Shown: piece after piece, positions 57,569 to 64,000 of the stretch
Position numbering within the stretch: position 1 is the stretch's first letter
Layout of the letters: every line of letters starts with the position of its first letter
NCBI GenBank assembly: GCA_965203805.1
Contig: OZ241917.1
Span: forward strand, 1,696,001-1,760,000
Length of the DNA: 64,000 bases
Direction: 5' to 3'
Origin: Candidatus Latescibacterota bacterium
Lineage (GTDB): Bacteria > Latescibacterota > UBA2968 > GCA-2709665
Made by a program: the position numbers and the translations under genes
The notes under the pieces: model-generated
Seen by the model: only the letters and a program-made list of their open reading frames with translations
Told to the model about the DNA's origin: nothing
The model's database searches: none

Positions 57569-58271
57569 TGGCGTCTGCCATGTCTGGCTCCGGAGGCGGA
57601 GGCAACGGCACATTGACGCCGGCGGGAGCAGCCGACGTCTGGCTCGCTGGAGCGGACGCGGCCTGCAACACTGCGGTGGACGCCCAACGGATATAATTGA
57701 CCAGATCTTCTGCGTTGTCGGCCTGCAACGGTTGAATCTCTGCGTGACCGATGAAACGCTGGAGGACATTGTTATCCGCATCGCCAATTGCGATTGCAAG
57801 ACGCACGGCCTTCTTGCCCCAGGGTTCGGCCATCAATGCTTCTAGCCCTTCATTGAAGTTATCCGTAGGTTGTCCGTCACTGATAAGCACCAGAACGGGA
57901 GGCAACGCACGCTCAGGCATCGGCGGCGTCTTGAGCGCGTCGTCTGTGACCAGAGACAGGGCACGCCCCATAGAGGTCATGCCATTGGCCGAAAGGTCAG
58001 TCCACTCAAACTCATCAACTGCTGTCGGCTGTGAAACGTGCCACTGGGCGCCGGATGAAAACTTGATCGCCCGCACAAGGACCTCCGCGTTCGGATTGCC
58101 GTGTGCGACCTCTCGCATGTGCGGGATGGCCTCCCGGATCGCTTGATTGAGTGCTTGAATCTTGCGGCCCGCCATTGAGGACGAGCAATCCGCGATGAAG
58201 ATGAAATGGAGGGGCCTGTTTGCGATAGGCCCACCCGGGAGTTTGTGCTCCATTGACTCTTCTTGTTCCAT
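57555..58271 (-). CDS. terY: vWA-domain protein TerY (YegL-like)
   Basis: MIDAS DCSSSM, TSMGRAL and LVLISDGQPTD motifs; Pro-rich tail. Confidence 0.9.
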   Translation of the reverse strand: MEQEESMEHKLPGGPIANRPLHFIFIADCSSSMAGRKIQALNQAIREAIPHMREVAHGNPNAEVLVRAIKFSSGAQWHVSQPTAVDEFEWTDLSANGMTSMGRALSLVTDDALKTPPMPERALPPVLVLISDGQPTDNFNEGLEALMAEPWGKKAVRLAIAIGDADNNVLQRFIGHAEIQPLQADNAEDLVNYIRWASTAVLQAASAPASQTSAAPAGVNVPLPPPPEPDMADANDVW

Positions 58272-58311
58272 AGATTTTCCTCCGTGTTGAAGTTGCTTTG
58301 ACCTGTTACGC

Positions 58312-60555
58312 CTATGAAGGGTTGACGACAGCCACGAGTTCGGCCTGAAGTCGTTCCGCGACGGGCTTCGCTGGCTCGAGTTGATCCCAGGTGCGGATGG
58401 CGAGGAAGCGCTCTCCGCGAAATTCGTAGAGTTCCCCTATCTCTGGAGGCGCCTCGGACGGGATCGGCGGATGCGAATTCACTTCACCAGTTGACGGGAC
58501 CGGAAGTCGCTGCGGTCTATCGAAACGGAATTCCTCCGATGCAGCACGATTGAAATTCTCAATCTCCCTGGAGAGACGGGTAGCATCGGCCTGAAGGTCG
58601 GCAATCGCCGTGTTCGCCTCCGTCAGGCGAGTTGGTACATCGCCGAGTTCGGACGTGGGAGGCAACCAATCTGATAGGCTCTCTCGGTCCTGCTTGTTGC
58701 GGGCGACCATCTGCTCTGCCTCCCTCACGCGCTTATTCGCTCTCTTTCGTGGTCCCTTGGACCGCTGGCCCTTATGCTCTCTTTTGAGAGACTTCCAGAG
58801 TGTGTGCGATTCCTCCAGCTTTGCCTCAAATTCAGCCCGTTCCTTGTCCAAGAAAGCCTTCCGATCCTGGCGTTTGGTTGCCACAACGTTGTCAAGAGTA
58901 GCCTGCACTTCCCGTCGTCTATCCTCCGCCGTGCCCTGGGCTTCCTCGTTTGCCGATAGCTTCTGTCGTGCCTCACCCAGCTTGGCCTTGGCGTCATTGA
59001 CGCGCTGTTCCCATACGCCTCGCTGATCTTCCCTCGCCATGGCATCCTCTGCACCCTGCTGCTGACTAAAGGCGTTACGCCGCAACCCATCCACGCGACC
59101 GACGATCCAGACGAGGCGTTCCATGCGCTCTTCTGCTTGATCCGATATCCCGCTTGGACGCGACTCACCGATTTCGTCAAGTTCGTCTCGGAGTTGCTCT
59201 CGTTCCGAGGCCAGGTTCTCATCCCGAGACGGGAGCCATTGGCGAAGTTTGTTCAACAGCCCTTCTTGACTCTCAAGCTCGTCAAGCTCGTGGCGGAGTG
59301 TATACACCGTGCGCGACGCCCACTCATCCACTGCTGTCCAGCTACGTACGATCTCGGCAGTGCGGGCGTCCGGCGGCAAGGCAGCCGGCACTCGCTGCCA
59401 TCGGATGGTCGCTTCCAGGGCGAGAGGCGGAATATCTGGTAAGCGAGCGGGCCGAACAGAGTCGAAACTCAGCAACGGCGCGTCCAAATCGCCGGCGTCC
59501 AACGGGACGGACCGTACGATCTCGGCTGGCTGAGTCGCCCCGTCGAGCATCACTTTGCCATTGACGGAGGCGAGCCGTCGCTCAGGATGGAATTCCCAAT
59601 CGGGTTGTTTCGCCATTTTGTCGAGAGAATGGATTAATTTTATCGCCTCGCCGCTAGGCCATTCGACCTGGAGTGCGATCGGTGCTTCCACGAGATCCAT
59701 AACCATACGCTGACGTGTAATCGTCGTCCTCGGAAGGCCGGTATCAACCCACAGCACCCGGTGGCCTCGTTGGCAGAGCGCCTTGGGAAGATCGAGATCT
59801 ACTGGGCTATCTCTCCCGCCGTTTGCCCAGGTGCCAGTGGGAGGAACAAACAGCACCCGCGCGCGTCCGGGGTCTACCGCCATCGGTGAAATCCTGATCT
59901 CGCCATCGGGAACCGGATCGTCGATATCTCCGTCCAGTCGGAGCCGGCCAGCCGCGAGCGAAATGTCGTTTCCGGGAGGGTCGAACGGTGCTGCCAGCGG
60001 CTCTTGGAAGGAGACTTCACCACTGATGTCCGGCAGGGCTTCGCGCTCTGCATGGAACCAGAACAGCACTCGAAATGCCTCAAACAGTGACCGTGCCAAG
60101 GCTCCCTCGACGGGAATCGCCCATCTTTGATGCTCTGCGGTAGGCCCTACGACAAGCCGTCCTTCACGTCCTTTATCTACGACGAGCCAGTCCGCAGGTG
60201 GGTGAGGACCCAAGCGGGTGAGGACCCGGTCACCCATACCTGCGGTTCTTTGAACCATTGCAGTATCGGCCTCAAGAGCACGGTCCCCATAGATATAGAG
60301 TCGGCAGCGCGCAGGAAGAGATTGTAAGACAACGTTAAGCAATTTGTGCGAGGTTGCTGTCGCACCTATCGCGAGGACTACGATGTGAGCATCCGTCACG
60401 ATCGGCTGCACGTCATTGAAGGCGTAGGAGCGGTTCAAGTCGGTCCAAGGAAGGTCAATATTCGCACCGCTGCCCTGTTCCCAGAGCGGAAGCTCTTTCT
60501 CCCTCCGGTCAATCCGTTCCTCCTGTACTTCGGATTGAATCGGCCCGCTACGCAT
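58312..60555 (-). CDS. Uncharacterised ~747-aa protein: globular N-terminal half, long coiled-coil C-terminal half
   Basis: Long ORF coupled to the upstream gene (TGATG); heptad-like E/R/L/A-rich region in the C-terminal ~300 aa. Confidence 0.8.
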   Translation of the reverse strand: MRSGPIQSEVQEERIDRREKELPLWEQGSGANIDLPWTDLNRSYAFNDVQPIVTDAHIVVLAIGATATSHKLLNVVLQSLPARCRLYIYGDRALEADTAMVQRTAGMGDRVLTRLGPHPPADWLVVDKGREGRLVVGPTAEHQRWAIPVEGALARSLFEAFRVLFWFHAEREALPDISGEVSFQEPLAAPFDPPGNDISLAAGRLRLDGDIDDPVPDGEIRISPMAVDPGRARVLFVPPTGTWANGGRDSPVDLDLPKALCQRGHRVLWVDTGLPRTTITRQRMVMDLVEAPIALQVEWPSGEAIKLIHSLDKMAKQPDWEFHPERRLASVNGKVMLDGATQPAEIVRSVPLDAGDLDAPLLSFDSVRPARLPDIPPLALEATIRWQRVPAALPPDARTAEIVRSWTAVDEWASRTVYTLRHELDELESQEGLLNKLRQWLPSRDENLASEREQLRDELDEIGESRPSGISDQAEERMERLVWIVGRVDGLRRNAFSQQQGAEDAMAREDQRGVWEQRVNDAKAKLGEARQKLSANEEAQGTAEDRRREVQATLDNVVATKRQDRKAFLDKERAEFEAKLEESHTLWKSLKREHKGQRSKGPRKRANKRVREAEQMVARNKQDRESLSDWLPPTSELGDVPTRLTEANTAIADLQADATRLSREIENFNRAASEEFRFDRPQRLPVPSTGEVNSHPPIPSEAPPEIGELYEFRGERFLAIRTWDQLEPAKPVAERLQAELVAVVNPS

Positions 60556-61655
60556 CAGGCCTCCATTCCCAAATCGGCACCCGCGGCGAGCAGCCACCTC
60601 GTCCGGGCGGCAAGGAGTCGACCATTCACCTCAGAGAGTACTGACGGATCGGGCGCGTCTCCAGCCCATTTTGCCAGTGGGGTATCTTCGATAATGTCTG
60701 ACCACTCCGACTGATAGGCATCGGGAACCATATATATGTCCTCGGCCTCGGCCTGAGCAACGAGAATAGCGGTTGCCCAGGCGCGAGCGTCATCTTTTGT
60801 TGCCGGACCGACCGGTATGTCTCGGACCTCAACCCTATCGAACGGGCCGAAATCCCTGACCTGCTTATTCCTGTAACTCTTAGACCGAAGGAATGACTCG
60901 CGTCCGCCCGGCCCGACCTTTCCGTCATACGCTATGGCGAGGCGACCCACTTGCTCGTCCCATTGCGGTTCCCAGTCTGCGTAGACATCGACCAACTTGC
61001 TCGGCTCCACCGACTCAGGTGAGGATCGGAACTTGCCGCGCCGATCCCAGTCTCCGCTCACTCGCCCTTCAATCGTCCACTTGTTGCTGCCCGATCCAAG
61101 GTCTATATCCCACTGCAAATTCCCCGTGGTCATCTCTTCGATGCGGCAGACCGGACTTTGGCCTCTTTGTGCCGGGAACTTCGCAATGTTGAATCGCTTA
61201 TCTTGGAAAATCGACGTGAATACCCGGTCACGTTTGGGTGAGAGCCACGATGGAAGCAGCTCGTGGTTGCTGTAGTCGCGATCTCTCCTATCGCCAGGAG
61301 TACGTTTGAAGTCAAGGACATAACTTTCAAAGAGCGGATGGAATGCCACGAGCAGACGATATACGCCCTGCTCCCGGGCAGGCGCCTCGCCCGACGACGC
61401 ACAACGGCGTCCGAGAGCAGTCAGTACTCCGTTTCGATCAACAAGCTGAATATAGCGTAGGTGGCGCAAAAGGTTTGCCCTTGCCCGACGCGACAGCCCC
61501 GGCAGGACAGTCTCAAACACGTCCTCGTCGAGAGCGCCACGGCCCCGAGCGGCGACGCATAAGACCTTAAGATCCGGTCTCTTTTCCCAAACGGTGAGTT
61601 CTGCAAACACCGAAATGTCCCGGATCTCAACTTCTGCTTCGAGGCGGGCATTCAT
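60555..61655 (-). CDS. Uncharacterised 366-aa protein, possible N-terminal winged helix
   Basis: ATGA overlap with the helicase; LLRHLRYIQLVDRNGVLTALG resembles a wHTH wing. Confidence 0.8.
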   Translation of the reverse strand: MNARLEAEVEIRDISVFAELTVWEKRPDLKVLCVAARGRGALDEDVFETVLPGLSRRARANLLRHLRYIQLVDRNGVLTALGRRCASSGEAPAREQGVYRLLVAFHPLFESYVLDFKRTPGDRRDRDYSNHELLPSWLSPKRDRVFTSIFQDKRFNIAKFPAQRGQSPVCRIEEMTTGNLQWDIDLGSGSNKWTIEGRVSGDWDRRGKFRSSPESVEPSKLVDVYADWEPQWDEQVGRLAIAYDGKVGPGGRESFLRSKSYRNKQVRDFGPFDRVEVRDIPVGPATKDDARAWATAILVAQAEAEDIYMVPDAYQSEWSDIIEDTPLAKWAGDAPDPSVLSEVNGRLLAARTRWLLAAGADLGMEA

Positions 61656-64000
61656 CGCACACTTCCAAGCTCAAATAACGGTGTAGCATCTGCAAGCGCA
61701 TTGAGTTCCTCGGATGGGCAATCCTCGGCGAAGTACTTCCGATGACCAAAGGCGACGAGCAAGAACCGGGCTCGGGTGATCCCCACGTTGAGCCGATTTG
61801 GGCTGTCCATGTGACCGGGCCGAGAGGTATTCCTGAGACTCAGCAACACGAGATCTGCCTCTCGCCCCTGAAATCGATCAACCGTTGCACACACAATCGC
61901 CGTGTTGGGAAGCGCGAAGCGCGTCTCCCCACGAGTCTTTCCGGTGAGTCGCCGGAGCATGTCTCGCGTCCCCAGTTCCTGCCGGTTGTAGAACGAGAGG
62001 CAAGCCACCGTCCAATCCTTGCCATCGGTTCTCTGGTGAGATTCGGCGTAATCCCGCCAAGCCACCAACCAACAACGCATGGACTCGATTTCCGCCTGGT
62101 TGATTCCGCGTTTCTCGTGGCCACGCACATCCTCCCACACTCGTCGTGCAGGCGCGCCGGGCATAAAGGACCAACCGTCTCGTTTGTCGCGTTCATCAAG
62201 GGTATTTGCGTCCCTTAATGCTGCTCCCTCGTAGAACTGGTCTCGAGGTAATCTCGAAATGTCCGGATGCATTCGGTGTTGATATTCAAGTACTACCGCC
62301 CGCTCCTTCCATACGTCCTGCGGAATCGCCTCGGTGAGCGCGCTCCGGCGGCGGACGCGATGGTCGCTCCTGCCTACGCGGAAAGACTCAATCGCACTGC
62401 GTACCCCTACGTCGCGGATTGCGTCAATGGCACGAGGGACCCATTTGGAGTAAGGCTCCAAAGCGGGCATAAGGCTATCAATCTCGTTTTGTCGTCGTTC
62501 ACGCTGTCTATCGTCTCGAGCGCTGGCAAGTTGATGAACCCTTCCAAGCCGCCACGATACCTGCTTGGCCCAGGATTCCTCGCGCAGGAAGTCCCGCTGG
62601 CGACTGGCCAACTCACAGGCGGTTTGGAAACGACGCCGTTGCTCCCGAACGGGCTTGCTGGTGAATCGGCCTCGTTGGGTGTGCCAGTGTTCGAATTGAT
62701 ACGTACGGGCCGAATCCAACTCCCAGTCGCGCAAAGCAAGCCCATCCGGCGGCAGATAAGGCGCAATGCAATTTCGCAATTCAGGCGGAAAAAGTATCCA
62801 GTCGGCTGCCAGTAAACGCAGCGCCTCGGGTTGGCCGGCCTCAATGTCTATAATGGACATTTCATTGTCCGCGGACCGGCCCTGAACAATGCGCACGAAG
62901 TCGGGCGTACAGTCGCCGCGTTTTGTCCGAGCGTTGATTTCTGCAGTCAGCGCGTTGAGCACGTCGTCTGGCTCTTCGATCAGCCACCTGACGCTCCCAA
63001 CCCCGGCCTCCGTGCGCTGCAGCCGGAACAGGATCAGCAACGCCACCTGGTGGGCGTCGGGGAGCATTGCGGCGTTTTCATCGCTGACTTCGGCAATGCT
63101 GGCTTCAAGGTCCTTGGGTTCCGAAAAAGGCGGTAGCTGACGTACGTCACCGACCACAATCCACTTGCTGGCAAGCTGGGCGGGGACCAGAAACTCCTGG
63201 AACGTCGTCTTACTGGCTTCATCAATGATCAGGACGTCAAAAAAAGGCCAACGCGCCCCCGTTTCGTTTTCGCGCCTATGGTTTAACCGACGTATGTAGG
63301 GGTGCGCAAGGATGCCCGTGGATGTGCCACAGGTGAGATTTACGGAGGAAAGAATGGTCGCTTCTGCGACCCGCTCCAAGGAGAAATCGTCGTCCAGGTC
63401 GGCGAAGACACCGGCAGAACGCCAGGTTTCCGTCAATGCCGAGATTCGCTCATCGATCTGTACATCTCGGATGGTTTGGTCCACCCGGTCCGCAAGCCCG
63501 ATACGGACCGCCTCGACTTGTTCAAATTTGCCGACAAGGCGCTCCAGCACATTGTCCACTGCCACGTGTGTCGTGGAGCAGAGCAACACGTTTAATCCCT
63601 GGTCGATGAACTGAAGCACCAATTCACAGATGGCGTGGGTCTTGCCCGATCCGGGCGGTCCTTCGAGAAACGCGAAGTCCGGTGTGCCAAGGGCCTTTTC
63701 TACGAACTCCCGCTGCTGGATTGTGCCCGACCAACGCTCATCGTTGAGCAAGTGCCAACGGGAAACGGACTTTGGTTGGCACCTCGGCCAATGGACCTTG
63801 TCGGGCGCTTCGCAAAGTCTGAGTAGGGCTTGAAGGTGGGGTAGCGGGCTATCCTTGAGACTGAACATCGCCTGCCGCTGGCGTTGTAGACCTGAAGTGC
63901 TGGAGGGGATATACAATGTCGATTCCTCGGGCGGGAGCCGATCCAACTCGAGCTGGTAGTTGTCGCGAAGGAATCCCAAGACTCTGAACGCATTCCGGGG
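61652..64000 (-). CDS. SF1B (Upf1/DNA2/NAM7-like) helicase, 5' end beyond the window
   Basis: GPPGSGKT, IIDEAS, VGDVRQLPP, QHRMHPDI, TVDRFQGREAD and NRLNVGITRAR motifs. The frame stays open up to 64000. Confidence 0.92.
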   Translation of the reverse strand, partial: PRNAFRVLGFLRDNYQLELDRLPPEESTLYIPSSTSGLQRQRQAMFSLKDSPLPHLQALLRLCEAPDKVHWPRCQPKSVSRWHLLNDERWSGTIQQREFVEKALGTPDFAFLEGPPGSGKTHAICELVLQFIDQGLNVLLCSTTHVAVDNVLERLVGKFEQVEAVRIGLADRVDQTIRDVQIDERISALTETWRSAGVFADLDDDFSLERVAEATILSSVNLTCGTSTGILAHPYIRRLNHRRENETGARWPFFDVLIIDEASKTTFQEFLVPAQLASKWIVVGDVRQLPPFSEPKDLEASIAEVSDENAAMLPDAHQVALLILFRLQRTEAGVGSVRWLIEEPDDVLNALTAEINARTKRGDCTPDFVRIVQGRSADNEMSIIDIEAGQPEALRLLAADWILFPPELRNCIAPYLPPDGLALRDWELDSARTYQFEHWHTQRGRFTSKPVREQRRRFQTACELASRQRDFLREESWAKQVSWRLGRVHQLASARDDRQRERRQNEIDSLMPALEPYSKWVPRAIDAIRDVGVRSAIESFRVGRSDHRVRRRSALTEAIPQDVWKERAVVLEYQHRMHPDISRLPRDQFYEGAALRDANTLDERDKRDGWSFMPGAPARRVWEDVRGHEKRGINQAEIESMRCWLVAWRDYAESHQRTDGKDWTVACLSFYNRQELGTRDMLRRLTGKTRGETRFALPNTAIVCATVDRFQGREADLVLLSLRNTSRPGHMDSPNRLNVGITRARFLLVAFGHRKYFAEDCPSEELNALADATPLFELGSVR

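Noticed and set aside
1-64000. CRISPR arrays, tRNA and rRNA genes
   Set aside because: None seen on reading the intergenic regions; no regularly spaced repeats or cloverleaf signatures.

Overview
GC-rich bacterial chromosomal window, densely coding and mostly on the minus strand. The lineage is not determinable with confidence. (1) 0-15.5 kb is a large respiratory locus: Rieske protein, split b6-type cytochrome b, a 1017-aa octaheme cytochrome c, a cupredoxin-like protein, an A-type heme-copper oxidase (subunits II, I, III, IV), two microproteins, ctaA and ctaB. It is flanked by a HEAT-repeat membrane protein and a divergent 2x[4Fe-4S] protein. That Fe-S protein shares a 26-aa N-terminal motif with the long cytoplasmic extension of the Rieske protein, where the motif occurs twice. 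(2) 15.5-24 kb holds a probable MITE and the housekeeping string yggS-yggT-mtnP-NUDIX-ileS-dksA-lspA-rluD. (3) 24-43 kb is catabolic/accessory: an RPH/PPDK-like phosphotransferase, UxuA-like and DapA-like enzymes, an amidase/DMFase-like/amidohydrolase/transglutaminase cluster, oxidoreductases and glycosyltransferases. (4) 43-55 kb has an intact IS1380 with a 5-bp TSD, apparently inserted just behind the ferritin promoter. It is followed by ftnA, a sigma70 factor with a long structured leader, gcvPA/PB, three tandem SDR epimerases and a leaderless HigBA-like TA pair. (5) 55.2-64 kb is a translationally coupled, defence-like operon that runs off the window: Upf1/DNA2-like SF1 helicase, two uncharacterised proteins and a TerY-PP2C-kinase triad. 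The best candidates for undescribed systems are the shared Rieske/ferredoxin motif and the extended helicase-TerY-P operon. All family calls come from motifs read by eye; no database searches were run.
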